This document shows, one piece after another, positions 30,920-41,459 of a stretch of 64,000 bases of DNA. The stretch spans positions 20,036-84,035 of the forward strand of contig JBGALC010000007.1 in the NCBI GenBank assembly GCA_044224095.1. Direction: 5' to 3'. The notes below the pieces were generated by a model, which did no database searches, was not told the DNA's origin, and saw only the letters and a program-made list of their open reading frames with translations. The DNA is from Micropruina sp. GTDB lineage: Bacteria > Actinomycetota > Actinomycetes > Propionibacteriales > Propionibacteriaceae. The position numbers and the translations under genes are program-made. Positions within the stretch are counted from its first letter, which is position 1. Each line of letters begins with the position of its first letter.

Positions 30920-31368
30920 TGGAACCCGACGAGTTCCTGCTGGCCGAGCTGGGCCGGGCCCTGGACGAGGCGGCGGACGCCGACGACGTGGCCGCGGTCG
31001 GCCACACCCTGTGGGCCTGGCACGACCCGGACGCCCGGCTGGCCGAGCTGGTCTCGGACTCGGCCACCGAACCGCTGGCGGGCGTCCGGTCGGCCGGGGA
31101 CGCGCGGCTGCTGCGGTTCACCGCCGAGGGGGTCGGCATCGACCTCGAACTCCTCGACGGACGACTGCGGGGGCTGGCCCTCGCGCCGGAACCGCGCACG
31201 CTCGCGCTCTACGACAGCGCCGGAGCGGTTCTGGCGACGGCCGAACTGGACGCCTCGGGCTGGTTCGAGCTGCCGCTGCCGACCGGCGTGGGCCGCGGCG
31301 CGCTGGTCCGGCTGGGCCTCAGCGACGCGGAAGGCGACCAGACCTGGACGGCGTGGTTCCGGCTGTAG
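30919..31368 (+). CDS. Putative soluble anti-sigma/partner protein (helical N-terminus + beta-sandwich)
   Basis: TGATG coupling to sigma; LAELVSDS...LAGVRS linker followed by a beta-rich domain. Confidence 0.7.
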   Translation: MEPDEFLLAELGRALDEAADADDVAAVGHTLWAWHDPDARLAELVSDSATEPLAGVRSAGDARLLRFTAEGVGIDLELLDGRLRGLALAPEPRTLALYDSAGAVLATAELDASGWFELPLPTGVGRGALVRLGLSDAEGDQTWTAWFRL

Positions 31369-31449
31369 GGCTCAGGCCGCCTCGGGTCGAACCGTCCGTC
31401 CGAGCGGGATCGAGCCGGGCGGTGCCGGATTCCCGACCGGGCCGTCCGG

Positions 31450-31815
31450 CTACAGCGACATCACCCACAGCCCCAGCGTGGCCGCCGCCAGGCCGGCCAG
31501 CAGGCCGCCGCCGGCGTGCACCACGGCCGCCACCGGACGCCCCGCGCGGACCAGCCGGACGCCCTCGACGCTGGCGGTGCTGAAGGTGGTGAACCCGCCC
31601 ATCAGGCCGGTGCCGGCGATCGCGGCCCACTCCGGCGCCCCGGTGTGGAACGCCACGTAGCCGGTGATCAGGCCGAGCAAACCCGAGCCCAGGGTGTTGA
31701 TGGTCAGGGTGCCGAGCGGCATCCGCAGCGAGTGCAGGCGGGCGATCACGGCGTCCAGCTGGAACCGCGCGACCGCCCCGAGTCCGCCCGCCAGCGCCAC
31801 CAGCAGCGCGATCAT
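31450..31815 (-). CDS. crcB: Fluoride channel Fluc/CrcB subunit
   Basis: GGLGAVARF, GTLTINTLGS, GLMGGFTTFST. Confidence 0.93.
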   Translation of the reverse strand: MIALLVALAGGLGAVARFQLDAVIARLHSLRMPLGTLTINTLGSGLLGLITGYVAFHTGAPEWAAIAGTGLMGGFTTFSTASVEGVRLVRAGRPVAAVVHAGGGLLAGLAAATLGLWVMSL

Positions 31816-32225
31816 CGCGACCACCTGGCCGCCACCCACATGCCGGCGAACGCGGCCGCCAGCCCCAGCACCACGCTGCCCAGGGCGTACCCGAGCCCGA
31901 CGACCACCGCTCCGCCGCCCAGGCCCAGCAGCCGCACCGTCTCCACCGCGAAGGTGCTGTAGGTGGTGTAGCCGCCCATCACGCCGGTGCCCAGTCCGAG
32001 CCGCAGGTAGCGGCGCAGCCCGGCGTCCGGACCCCGCCGGCTGAGCGTCTCCAGGAGCAGGCCGAGCAGGAACGAGCCGGTGACGTTGATCGCGAACGTG
32101 GTCCACGGCCAGCCTCCCGGTTGCGCCGGGAACGCCGACTCCAACGCCGCGCGCGCCGCGGTACCGATCGCTCCCCCGACCAGCACCACCGTCGAGGAGA
32201 TTCCCAGGAACGGCTTCAGGCCCAC
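31812..32225 (-). CDS. crcB: Fluoride channel Fluc/CrcB subunit
   Basis: GGAIGTAAR, TFAINVTGS, GVMGGYTTYSTF; start GTG 32225 inferred. Confidence 0.92.
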   Translation of the reverse strand: MGLKPFLGISSTVVLVGGAIGTAARAALESAFPAQPGGWPWTTFAINVTGSFLLGLLLETLSRRGPDAGLRRYLRLGLGTGVMGGYTTYSTFAVETVRLLGLGGGAVVVGLGYALGSVVLGLAAAFAGMWVAARWSR

Positions 32226-32755
32226 GGCATCGGCGCCTTCCAGTCGACCACGGACAGCGGCACGGTCAGCACCGGCCGGTGCTGATGCTGGGCGAGCTTG
32301 AGGGCCAGCGCCCCGTCCAGGAACTCGCGCACCTTCGCCCCGTGCTCGGGAGCCCGGTTGCCGACCACGATGACCGCCGCGTCCACGGCGCGCGCCAGGT
32401 GGGTCAGCGAGCGGTCCGGACGTCCGGCGAGGTAGCGGAACTGCCAGGCCGGGCCCGCCCCGCCCAGCACGGCGGCCGCCTCGGCCTTCACCTCGGCCTC
32501 GACCTGCCGCCAGGAGTCGTCGGCGGCGTCCGGGTTGAGGTCGCTGTGCTGCACGGTCCCGTCCGGGAACTCGCGTTCGGTGAAACGCTGTTCGTCGACA
32601 TGGGCAACGAACAGCTCGCCGCCCGTCGCCCTGGCCAGTGCCGCCGCGGTGAGCAGCACCAGCGGGTCGCCGCCCGGCCGCACCCCGACCACGACTGCGC
32701 CCCCGCGAAACGGTGTCATCCGCTCCGGCCCGGGCTGTGGCACCTGCTGGGGCAT
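32216..32755 (-). CDS. Universal stress protein
   Basis: AVVVGV, AVIVVG, HRPVLTVP; AAAGGAGG RBS. Confidence 0.85.
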   Translation of the reverse strand: MPQQVPQPGPERMTPFRGGAVVVGVRPGGDPLVLLTAAALARATGGELFVAHVDEQRFTEREFPDGTVQHSDLNPDAADDSWRQVEAEVKAEAAAVLGGAGPAWQFRYLAGRPDRSLTHLARAVDAAVIVVGNRAPEHGAKVREFLDGALALKLAQHQHRPVLTVPLSVVDWKAPMPWA

Positions 32756-32781
32756 GCCGGCCTCCTTTCGTCGTCCTCACG

Positions 32782-32826
32782 CTAGTACCGCGTCCACCGA
32801 CCTTCGCCCAGTGGACACGGCACTGG
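32782..32826. repeat. Short CTAG-bounded REP/MITE-like inverted repeat
   Basis: CTAGTACCGCGTCCAC...GTGGACACGGCACTGG; related to the copies at 46714 and 54908. Confidence 0.6.
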
Positions 32827-32903
32827 TGCCGGCGGCGGGATGAGTCTCGACCGACCCGACCGGCGGAGGGTCCCGGCGGCGCGTCCCGGACTAGGGTGAA
32901 CCG

Positions 32904-34025
32904 GTGCGGATCGACCTGGAATCGCTGGACGCCTTCGACGCGCACCTGGCCTCCGGCGGCTCGCTGACGGGGGTGTTCGTCCAGTCGATCGACCTGACCG
33001 GACGATCCGCCGCCCTGCGCTCCAGCGACGTGGCCGGCGCGGTCTTCCTCGGCTGCGGCCTGCGTCCCGCGGACGCCTCGCAGCTGGCCCGGCACGGCGC
33101 CCTGGTCTTCCCGCGGCTGCCCGACCTGCCCTTCGACCCCTACCGTCCGGCCCTGTACACCGCGGACGAGCTGTACCGCGGCCTCGAGCACGGCTACCCG
33201 GCCACCGTGGACGCCGCGATCTTCGGCTGGCAGTCGGCGCACCTGCGCCCCGGCGGCCTGGCCGCCGACCTGGCAGCGGCGCTGCACGACCACTCCGTGA
33301 CCGAGGCCCTGCAGGAGGAACTGGCCGGCGTCGACATCCGCCGGATCGTCGGCATCATGGGCGGCCATGCCGAACGCCGCGGCTCACCGGCGTACCGGGC
33401 CAGCGCCGAACTGGCCCACCGGCTGGCCGGCACCGGTCACGTGGTGATCTCCGGCGGCGGCCCCGGTGCCATGGAGGCCGCCAACCTGGGCGCGGCCTTC
33501 GCCGGTCCGGACGCCGGGCTGCGGGCCGCGATCGACGAACTGGCGCGGGGCGGATCCTGGGCGGTCGACGTCACCGGCTGGGCACGCTCGGCGCGGGCGG
33601 TCATCGACCGGTACCCGTGCGACCGGCTGTCGCTCGGCATCCCGACTTGGTTCTACGGGCACGAACCGCCCAACCTGTTCGCCACCCGGATCGCGAAGTT
33701 CTTCACCAACGCGCTGCGCGAGGACGTGCTGCTGCGGGTCTGCCGCGGTGGGCTGGTCTATCTGCCGGGCGCCGCGGGCACGGTGCAGGAGGTGTTCCAG
33801 GCGGTCACCCCGAACTTCTACGCCGCCGAACCCGACCCGATCACGCCCCTGGTGCTGGTCGGCGCCGAGTACTGGACGAAGGTCCTGCCGGTCTGGCCGC
33901 TGCTGCGCGCCCTGGCCACCGGACGCCGGATGGCCGACGCCGTCCGGCTGGTCGACTCCACCGCCGAGGTGCTGGCCGCGCTCAGCGAAGCCGGGACCGT
34001 CGCGCCGCCGACAACCCGCGGCTGA
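32904..34025 (+). CDS. LOG/SLOG family Rossmann-fold protein
   Basis: GIMGGH, SGGGPGAMEAANLGA, PTWFYGHEP, PGAAGTVQE. Confidence 0.88.
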   Translation: MRIDLESLDAFDAHLASGGSLTGVFVQSIDLTGRSAALRSSDVAGAVFLGCGLRPADASQLARHGALVFPRLPDLPFDPYRPALYTADELYRGLEHGYPATVDAAIFGWQSAHLRPGGLAADLAAALHDHSVTEALQEELAGVDIRRIVGIMGGHAERRGSPAYRASAELAHRLAGTGHVVISGGGPGAMEAANLGAAFAGPDAGLRAAIDELARGGSWAVDVTGWARSARAVIDRYPCDRLSLGIPTWFYGHEPPNLFATRIAKFFTNALREDVLLRVCRGGLVYLPGAAGTVQEVFQAVTPNFYAAEPDPITPLVLVGAEYWTKVLPVWPLLRALATGRRMADAVRLVDSTAEVLAALSEAGTVAPPTTRG

Positions 34026-35553
34026 ACCAGTCGACGAAGCGGCGCTGCTGGTCGTGCCCGCGCGCCCCCAGGGCACCGACGCGCTGCTCGGCCACGCTCT
34101 GCACCGCGGTGTACTTCAGCAGCCCGTCCGTACCGTGCCGGCCACCCGTCCCGGAGTGGCCGCGGGCGCCCATCGCCGCCCCGGTCGCGCCCCACGACGC
34201 CAGGTAGGTCTCGTTGATGCTCACCGTGCCGGTGCGCAGCTGCGGTGCCAGCCGCCGGGCCGCACTGCGGTCGCCGGTGACCACGGTGGCGTGCAGGCCG
34301 TAGTCGGAGTCGTTGATCAGGCGCACCGCGGCGGCGTCGTCGTCGACCCGGTAGACGCTGACCACCGGGCCGAAGGTCTCGGCGTCCCGCACCTCCATGG
34401 CGGCGGTGACGCCCTCCAGCACCGTGGGTTCATAGACCCACGGACCGATGTCCAGCCGGTGCCGGCCGCCGGCCAGCACCCGGGCGCCGTGCCGGCGGGC
34501 GTCCTCGACGTGGTCGCTGACCCGCCGCAGCTGCGCGGAGCCGAGCAGCGAGCCCATGTCGTAGCCGTACTCCAGGCCGACGCCGATCCGCATTCCCGCG
34601 ACGGCGGGCAGGAAGCGGTTCAGGAACGCGTCGGCGATCGCGCTGTGCAGCACCAGCCGCTCGGTGTGCACGCAGACCTGGCCGGCGCCGGCGAAGGCAC
34701 TCCGCAGGGCGATCTGGACGGCGGCGTCCAGGGGCGCGTCGCCGCGCACGTAGCAGGCGTTCTTCCCGCCGAGCTCCAGGTGACAGCCGACCATCCGCTG
34801 CGCGGCCAGTGCCGACACCGTCCGGCCCACCTGGGTGGACCCGGTGAAGCTGGCGTAGTCGGCCTGCCGGACGACCGCCTCGCCGACCGGCTCGCCGTCG
34901 CCGACGACCACCTGCAGCACCCCGGCGGGCAGGCCGGCCTGCTGAAGCCGGCGCAACCCCCACAGCACGCACAGCGCGGTGCGGGGGTCGGGGCGGAGGA
35001 CGACGGCGTTGCCGGCCAGCAGCGCGGCGATCGACTCGCCCAGCGACAGCGCGAACGGGTAGTTCCACGGAGTCACGACGCCGACCACGCCGCGCGGCAG
35101 CCGGGTCTGGGTGGCGGTGGCCAGCACCGGCAGCACCCCCCGGCGGCGGCGCGGGGCGAGCAGGTCGGCCGCGGTGCGCGCGTAGTACCGGGCCACGTTC
35201 GCGACCTCGGCGATCTCCTCGAACGCGTGGGCGCGGGTCTTGCCGGTCTCCAACTGGATCAGGTCGAGCAGTTCCTCGCGGCGGGCCAGCAGCCGGTCGT
35301 GGAAGTCCAGCACGATCGCGGCCCGGCGCTGCGGCTTCAGCGAACTCCAGATCCGCTGGGCGGCGCGGGCCCGCTGCACCGCACAGGTGACGTCGGAGGG
35401 CGTGGAGAGCGGCACCTCGGCCAGCGGCCGGTCGGACAGCGGGGTGCGCACCAGCAGCCGCTCGGCGGCGTCCTCGGCGATGATGCCGGTGGTCAGATCG
35501 TCCACCAGGGACGGTGCGAGCACGAAGCCGGATGCTCGAGCCGTCGTGCGCAT
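33982..35553 (-). CDS. gabD: Aldehyde dehydrogenase (succinate-semialdehyde DH, GabD2-like)
   Basis: TPWNYP, FTGST, LELGGKN, GQVCV, ETFGPV. Confidence 0.85.
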   Translation of the reverse strand: MRTTARASGFVLAPSLVDDLTTGIIAEDAAERLLVRTPLSDRPLAEVPLSTPSDVTCAVQRARAAQRIWSSLKPQRRAAIVLDFHDRLLARREELLDLIQLETGKTRAHAFEEIAEVANVARYYARTAADLLAPRRRRGVLPVLATATQTRLPRGVVGVVTPWNYPFALSLGESIAALLAGNAVVLRPDPRTALCVLWGLRRLQQAGLPAGVLQVVVGDGEPVGEAVVRQADYASFTGSTQVGRTVSALAAQRMVGCHLELGGKNACYVRGDAPLDAAVQIALRSAFAGAGQVCVHTERLVLHSAIADAFLNRFLPAVAGMRIGVGLEYGYDMGSLLGSAQLRRVSDHVEDARRHGARVLAGGRHRLDIGPWVYEPTVLEGVTAAMEVRDAETFGPVVSVYRVDDDAAAVRLINDSDYGLHATVVTGDRSAARRLAPQLRTGTVSINETYLASWGATGAAMGARGHSGTGGRHGTDGLLKYTAVQSVAEQRVGALGARGHDQQRRFVDWFSRGLSAARRSRLR

Positions 35554-35635
35554 GGTTCAGCGTACTGCCGCTAGGTTTCGGCCGGGCAACAACGGCTCCC
35601 TGCGCTCACCCGAGCATCCGCGGGGACGAAGCGGC

Positions 35636-36874
35636 CTATTCGGCGGCCACGCTCGCGGCCAGCTGGCCGCAGGCGCCGTCGATCTCGCGGCCCCGGGTGT
35701 CGCGCACGGTGACCGCGACCCCGCGCCGCTCCAGGGCGGCGACGAAGGCGGCCTCGTCGCGCCGCCGGGACGCCGTCCACTTCGACCCCGGGGTGGGATT
35801 GAGCGGGATCAGGTTGACGTGCACCCAGCCGTGGCCGCCGTCCCGGCGGAGCACCTCGGCGAGCAGCTCGGCGCGTGCGACCTGGTCGTTGACGTCCCTG
35901 ATCAGGGCGTACTCGATGGACACCCGGCGCCTGGTCAGCCGGAAGTAGCGGTGCGCCGCCTCGACCACCTCGGCCACGTTCCAGCGGGTGTTGATCGGGC
36001 ACAGCTCGTCGCGCAGCTCGTCGTCCGGGGCGTGCAGGCTGACCGCCAGGGTGACCGGGACGCCGGCGTCGGCCAGCGCGTTGATCCGGGGCACCAGGCC
36101 GACGGTGGAGACGGTGACACCGCGGGCGCTGATGCCCAGCCCGTGCGGGGCCGGCGCGGTCAGGGTTTCGATGGTGCTCGTCAGCGCCTTGAAGTTGGCC
36201 AGCGGCTCACCCATCCCCATGAAGACGATGTTGTTCACCCGCCCGGCGCCGCCGGGGATCTCGCCGTCGCGCAGCGCCCGGGCGCCGGCCACCACCTGGG
36301 CGAGGATCTCGGCGGCGCTCAGGTTGCGCTGCAGCCCGCCCTGGCCGGTGGCGCAGAACGGGCAGGCCATGCCGCAGCCGGCCTGCGACGAGATGCACAG
36401 CGTGGCCCGGTTCCGGCCCGAGCCGGACGCCCGGATGCCCGGCACCCCGTAGCGCATCAGCACCGACTCGATCAGCGAGCCGTCGTGCAGCCGCCACAGC
36501 GTCTTCAGGGTGGTGCCGCCGTCGCAGGACAACGGCCGGACCGAGGTGAGCAGCGAGGGCAGGAAGGCGTCCGCGACCCGCGCCCGGTCGGCGGCCGGCA
36601 GGTCGGTCCAGCCGGACGGGTCCAGGTCGAGGTGCTCGAAGACGTGGCGGGAGATCTGGTCGGCCCGGAAGGCCGGCAGTCCGAGAGCGCGCACGGCCTC
36701 GCGGCGTTCGTCGCGGGTGAGGTCGAGCCAGTGCCGGGGCGGCCTGCCGCGGCGCGGCGCCGCCATCGTCAGCGGCACCGTGGCGCCGGCGCGGACCCGG
36801 TCCTCCAACGCGGAATAGGCGCTGACCTCGTCGGGCCGCAGGCCGTCGCCGGTGGGCATCGGTTCGTCGGTCAT
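35636..36874 (-). CDS. rlmN: 23S rRNA m2A2503 radical SAM methyltransferase
   Basis: [32 protein letters not shown]. Confidence 0.96.
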   Translation of the reverse strand: MTDEPMPTGDGLRPDEVSAYSALEDRVRAGATVPLTMAAPRRGRPPRHWLDLTRDERREAVRALGLPAFRADQISRHVFEHLDLDPSGWTDLPAADRARVADAFLPSLLTSVRPLSCDGGTTLKTLWRLHDGSLIESVLMRYGVPGIRASGSGRNRATLCISSQAGCGMACPFCATGQGGLQRNLSAAEILAQVVAGARALRDGEIPGGAGRVNNIVFMGMGEPLANFKALTSTIETLTAPAPHGLGISARGVTVSTVGLVPRINALADAGVPVTLAVSLHAPDDELRDELCPINTRWNVAEVVEAAHRYFRLTRRRVSIEYALIRDVNDQVARAELLAEVLRRDGGHGWVHVNLIPLNPTPGSKWTASRRRDEAAFVAALERRGVAVTVRDTRGREIDGACGQLAASVAAE

Positions 36875-36890
36875 CGGATGTTCGCCCTCG

Positions 36891-37775
36891 TCAGTTGGGT
36901 ACCAGCAGGTACAGGATCAGCCAGGCAACCGGGGCCGCCACCAGGATCGAGTCCAGCCGGTCCATGGCGCCGCCGTGGCCGGGCAGGAACGACGACATGT
37001 CCTTGATGCCGACGTCGCGCTTGACCAGCGACTCGATCAGGTCGCCGCAGGTGCCGGCGGCGACGATGGCCAGCGCCAGCAGCAGCCCGACCCACCAGGG
37101 CGCGTCCAGCCACCACACGGTGAGCGGGACGCCGACCGCGCCGGCCAGCGCCACCGATCCGGCCAGGCCCTCCCAGGTCTTCTTCGGGCTGATCTGCGGC
37201 GCCATCGGGTGTCTGCCCAGCCGGGCGCCGACGGCATAGCCGCCGGTGTCGGTGCCCATCACCACGAGCAGGATGGTGGCCATCTTGGCCGCACCGTTGG
37301 GTGAGGCCAGCACCAGGCCGGTGAACGAGCCGAGCAGCGGGATGTAGCCGATGGTGAACAGGCTTGCGGCGGCGTCCTTCACGTAGCCGGCGGCCCCGCC
37401 CGGCATCCGCCAGATCAGCGCGGCCAGCGTGGTGGCGCCGAGGAAGCCGAGCAGCACCGAATGCCAGGGCAGGGCTCCGATGCCCTCCTGGGTGGCGGCC
37501 GCGTACGAGCCGCAGATCACCGCCACCGTGCCGGCCACGATCGGGATCACCGCCGAGTTCATCCCGATCCGCTTCAGCGCGTCGTGCAGTTCGATGGTGC
37601 CCAGGGTGAGCATCGCGGTCACCAGCAGCACGAAGCCCCAGTGCCAGTAGAGCAGGGTCAGCACCACCGTCGCCGCGAGGGCGAGACCGACCGTGAGGGC
37701 GGCCGGAAGATCGCGCCCCGCGCGGGACTTCCGGACGACCTGGTCGGCTGCTGATGCCTCCTGCTCGCCTGCCAT
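36891..37775 (-). CDS. cdsA: Phosphatidate cytidylyltransferase
   Basis: [40 protein letters not shown]. Confidence 0.96.
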   Translation of the reverse strand: MAGEQEASAADQVVRKSRAGRDLPAALTVGLALAATVVLTLLYWHWGFVLLVTAMLTLGTIELHDALKRIGMNSAVIPIVAGTVAVICGSYAAATQEGIGALPWHSVLLGFLGATTLAALIWRMPGGAAGYVKDAAASLFTIGYIPLLGSFTGLVLASPNGAAKMATILLVVMGTDTGGYAVGARLGRHPMAPQISPKKTWEGLAGSVALAGAVGVPLTVWWLDAPWWVGLLLALAIVAAGTCGDLIESLVKRDVGIKDMSSFLPGHGGAMDRLDSILVAAPVAWLILYLLVPN

Positions 37776-38332
37776 CAGACTTCCAGCAACTCCGCTTCCT
37801 TGGCCTTCAGCAGCTCGTCGATGGTCTCGACGTACTTCCTGGTGACGCCGTCCAACTGCTTCTCGGCGCCGCGGGCATCGTCCTCGCCCACTTCCTTGTC
37901 CTTGACCAGCTTGTGCACCGAGTCGTTGGCGTGCCGGCGGATGTTGCGCACCGCGACCCGGCCCTCCTCTGCCTTCGAACGGGCCACCTTCACGTAGTCG
38001 CGGCGGCGCTCCTCGGACAGCTGCGGCATCACCACCCTGATCACGTTGCCGTCGTTGGCCGGGTTGACGCCCAGGTCGGAGTCGCGGATCGCCTTCTCGA
38101 TGCCGGCCATCGAGGCCCGGTCGAACGGGCTGATCAGCACGGTGCGGGCCTCGGGAACCTGGAAGGTGGCCAGCTGCTGCAGCGGGGTGGGCGCACCGTA
38201 GTAGTCGACCATCAGCTTGTTGAACATCGCCGGATGGGCGCGCCCGGTGCGGATCGCCGCGAACTCCTCGCGGGCGTGCTCGACCGCGCCTTTCATCTTC
38301 TGCTCAGCGTCTTTGATGATGTCGGGGATCAT
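37775..38332 (-). CDS. frr: Ribosome recycling factor
   Basis: IRTGRAHP, VDYYG, VAVRNIRR. Confidence 0.98.
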   Translation of the reverse strand: MIPDIIKDAEQKMKGAVEHAREEFAAIRTGRAHPAMFNKLMVDYYGAPTPLQQLATFQVPEARTVLISPFDRASMAGIEKAIRDSDLGVNPANDGNVIRVVMPQLSEERRRDYVKVARSKAEEGRVAVRNIRRHANDSVHKLVKDKEVGEDDARGAEKQLDGVTRKYVETIDELLKAKEAELLEV

Positions 38333-38362
38333 CGTGATCCTTTCGGTGGGTTGCGGACGTTG

Positions 38363-39073
38363 TCAGGCGTGGACGGTGGTTCCGATCTTCTCACCCTGCA
38401 CGACCCGCAGGATGTTGCCCTCCACCCCGAGGTCGAAGAAGATCATCGGCAGGTTGTTGTCCCGGGCCAGGCTGATCGCGGTGGCGTCGGCCACCTTCAG
38501 GTCGCGGGCCAGGTAGTCGTCGTAGGTCAGCTCGTCGAAGCGGACGGCGTCCGGGTTCTTCCGCGGATCGGAGTCGTAGACGCCGTCGGTGCCCTGCTTG
38601 CCCATCAGCAGCACGTCGGCGCCGATCTCCAGCGCCCGCTGGGCGGCGACGGTGTCGGTGGAGAAGTACGGCATGCCCGAGCCGGCGCCGAAGATCACCA
38701 CCCGGCCCTTCTCCAGGTGCCGCTCGGCGCGGCGCGGAATGTAGGGCTCGGCGACCTGGCCCATCGCGATCGCGGTCTGCACCCGGGTCTGCACGCCGGC
38801 CTTCTCGCAGAAGTCCTGCAGGGCCAGGCAGTTCATCACGGTGCCGAGCATGCCCATGTAGTCGGCCCGGTCGCGGTCCATGCCGTGCTCGGAGAGTTCG
38901 GCGCCGCGGAAGAAGTTGCCGCCGCCGATCACCACCGCGACCTGGACGCCGGCGTCCACCACCGCCTTGATCTGGCCGGCGAGACTGGCCACCACCTCCG
39001 GGTCGACGCCGATGCCGCGGCCGCCGCCGAACATCTCGCCGGACAGTTTGAGCATGATGCGGTGGTAGGTCAT
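38363..39073 (-). CDS. pyrH: UMP kinase
   Basis: [29 protein letters not shown]. Confidence 0.98.
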   Translation of the reverse strand: MTYHRIMLKLSGEMFGGGRGIGVDPEVVASLAGQIKAVVDAGVQVAVVIGGGNFFRGAELSEHGMDRDRADYMGMLGTVMNCLALQDFCEKAGVQTRVQTAIAMGQVAEPYIPRRAERHLEKGRVVIFGAGSGMPYFSTDTVAAQRALEIGADVLLMGKQGTDGVYDSDPRKNPDAVRFDELTYDDYLARDLKVADATAISLARDNNLPMIFFDLGVEGNILRVVQGEKIGTTVHA

Positions 39074-39098
39074 TGTTCTCCTCGCTCGGGGGCTGATA

Positions 39099-39126
39099 TG
39101 CGCCACGAGAGATCACTCGTGGCGCA
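39099..39126 (-). terminator. Hairpin between tsf and pyrH
   Basis: TGCGCCACGAG-AGATCA-CTCGTGGCGCA, 11-bp perfect stem. Confidence 0.55.
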
Positions 39127-39153
39127 CGTCATGGTACTGGCCGTGTCGTGGGG

Positions 39154-39966
39154 TCAGGCGCCCGCGGCGAAGCGCACGAAGCGCTTCACGGTGACGCCGT
39201 TCTCCTTGAGCAGCTGGCCGACGGTCTTCTTGTCGTCGGAGACGCTGGGCTGCTCGATCAGACAGACATCCTTGAAGAAGCCGCCGAGACGGCCCTCGAC
39301 GATCCGCGGGATGATCTTGTCGGGCTTGCCCTCCTCCTTGGCGGTCAGCTCGGCGATGTGCCGCTCGTGGTCGAGCACCTCGCTCGGAACCTCGTCGCGG
39401 GTCACGTACTGCGGCGACATGGCAGCGATCTGCATCGCGATGCCACGCACGAAGTCGGCGTCGCCGCCCTCGTGCTCGACCATCACGCCCACCTGCGGCG
39501 GCAGGTCGGAGGACCGCTTGTGCAGGTAGATGGTGACGTCGCCGTCGTAGCTGGCGGCGTTGGCCACCTCGAGCTTCTCGCCGATCTTCGCGGCCAGCTC
39601 GGCCACCGTGTCGGCGACCGTCTTGCCCGAGGACAGCAGCACCGCGTTGGCGGCGGCCACATCGGCGGCACCGGCGGCGTCCGCGGCGGCGGCGATCTCG
39701 TCGGCCAGGGCGATGAACTCGGCGTTCTTGGCGACGAAGTCGGTCTCGGCGCCGAGCTGGATGACGGCCTTGCCGGAGGCGGCCACCAGGCCGTTGGAGG
39801 CCTCCCGGTCGGACCGCTTGGCCATCTTGGCCTGGCCGGTCACCCGCAGGATCTCGACGGCGGCCTCGTAGTCGCCACCGGCCTCGGTGAGGGCCTTCTT
39901 GGCGTCCATCATTCCGGCGCCGGTGGCGTCGCGGAGCTTCTTCACATCAGCGGCAGTGATTGCCAT
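39154..39966 (-). CDS. tsf: Elongation factor Ts
   Basis: VKKLRDATGAGMMDAKKAL, ETDFVA. Confidence 0.98.
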   Translation of the reverse strand: MAITAADVKKLRDATGAGMMDAKKALTEAGGDYEAAVEILRVTGQAKMAKRSDREASNGLVAASGKAVIQLGAETDFVAKNAEFIALADEIAAAADAAGAADVAAANAVLLSSGKTVADTVAELAAKIGEKLEVANAASYDGDVTIYLHKRSSDLPPQVGVMVEHEGGDADFVRGIAMQIAAMSPQYVTRDEVPSEVLDHERHIAELTAKEEGKPDKIIPRIVEGRLGGFFKDVCLIEQPSVSDDKKTVGQLLKENGVTVKRFVRFAAGA

Positions 39967-40001
39967 TGTTCTGCTCTCTTCGTTCCTGTTCGTGCGATGG
40001 G

Positions 40002-40967
40002 TCACTTGGTCTCGGCTGCGGCCTCGGCCTCGACCGCCGGCTCGACGGTCTCGTCGGCGGCGGCCTCGGCGGCCTCGACGTCCTGCGCCACCTCGGCGGA
40101 CTCCTCGGCAGCACCGGTCACGGCGTCCTCGACGGCGTCGGCCAGCTCGGCGGCCTGCACGTCGGAGCCCTCGACGGTCTGCGCCTCGGCGACCGGCTCG
40201 TCATCGGTGGCACCCAGCAGCTCGCGCTCCCAGTCGGCCATCGGCTCGGCCTCCTCACCGGTCGCGGCGGCGCCCCGGCTGCGGACCAGCAGGCCCTCGG
40301 CGACGGCGTCCGCGACCACCCGGGTGAGCAGGGCGACGGAGCGGATCGCGTCGTCGTTGCCCGGAATGGCGAAGTCGACCTCGTCGGGGTCGCAGTTGGT
40401 GTCGAGGATGCCGACGATCGGGATCCGCAGCTTGCGGGCCTCGTCGATCGCCAGGTGCTCCTTCTTGGTGTCGACCACCCAGACCGCCTGCGGCAGCTTG
40501 CCCATGTCACGGATGCCGGACAGCGTCTTGGCCAGCTTGTCCTTCTTGCGGCGCTGCTGCAGCAGCTCCTTCTTGGTCAGGCCGGACGCGGCGACGTCGT
40601 CGAAGTTGATGCCTTCGAGCTCCTTCATCTTGCCGATCCGCTTGCTGATGGTGGCGAAGTTGGTGAGCATGCCGCCCAGCCAGCGCTGGTTGACGAAGGG
40701 CATGCCGACCCGGGTGGCCTGCTCGGCGATGGCCTCCTGGGCCTGCTTCTTGGTGCCGACGAACAGGATCTGGCCGCCGCGGGCGACGGTGTCGCGGACG
40801 AAGCCGTAGGCCTGATCGATGTAGGTCAGCGACTGCTGCAGGTCGATGATGTAGATGCCGTTGCGCTCGGCGAAGATGAACTTCTTCATCTTCGGGTTCC
40901 AACGACGGGTCTGGTGCCCGAAGTGGACACCGCTCTCCAGCAGCTGACGCGTGGTGACGACGGCCAT
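40002..40967 (-). CDS. rpsB: 30S ribosomal protein S2 (acidic C-terminal tail)
   Basis: [33 protein letters not shown]. Confidence 0.98.
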   Translation of the reverse strand: MAVVTTRQLLESGVHFGHQTRRWNPKMKKFIFAERNGIYIIDLQQSLTYIDQAYGFVRDTVARGGQILFVGTKKQAQEAIAEQATRVGMPFVNQRWLGGMLTNFATISKRIGKMKELEGINFDDVAASGLTKKELLQQRRKKDKLAKTLSGIRDMGKLPQAVWVVDTKKEHLAIDEARKLRIPIVGILDTNCDPDEVDFAIPGNDDAIRSVALLTRVVADAVAEGLLVRSRGAAATGEEAEPMADWERELLGATDDEPVAEAQTVEGSDVQAAELADAVEDAVTGAAEESAEVAQDVEAAEAAADETVEPAVEAEAAAETK

Positions 40968-41459
40968 GGCCGTTCCTTTCTGCGCGGGTGGCGCGGCGGC
41001 GCGGTACCCGCTTGGGTTGTCCGGACCGAGACCTTCGGCCCGCCTGATGCGACCGTTGCCGTTCCACCCCTTGCGGGGACCGCGGAGGCAACCCGTCGAG
41101 CGCGACGGTTCGAGGTGCATGCGAAGTCGACCCGGATCTGCCGAGTCGCTGAGCCGATTCTATGCGGGCGGGTTGGGGTTGTCGAAATCGCCGGTCTCGT
41201 TGATGGTCGAGCCCGTCTGGGCCCCGCCCAGACGGCCGCCGGCGGAGAGCCCTGCCGACCGGAATGCTGGTCGAGCCCGACGACGCTCCTCCCCCCGCCG
41301 TCACGATCTCGGGATCGTCACCGTCCTGCCGTGCGCTCCGGCACCTGCCCGTGGTCGGCGGCGTCGCCCTCCGGACCGACCGCTCCGCGACGATCTCGCG
41401 GCCACCGGTTTGAACACTTTCGCCGGCACGGGCACTCAATGAGGGTGGAGGTGATTCCG

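Noticed and set aside
32756-32900. Fluoride riboswitch upstream of crcB
   Set aside because: Could not find the GGCGAUG...GCUGAUG pattern in the sense (minus) orientation
40968-41130. rpsB autoregulatory leader RNA
   Set aside because: Plausible by position, but I could not define a convincing structure by eye
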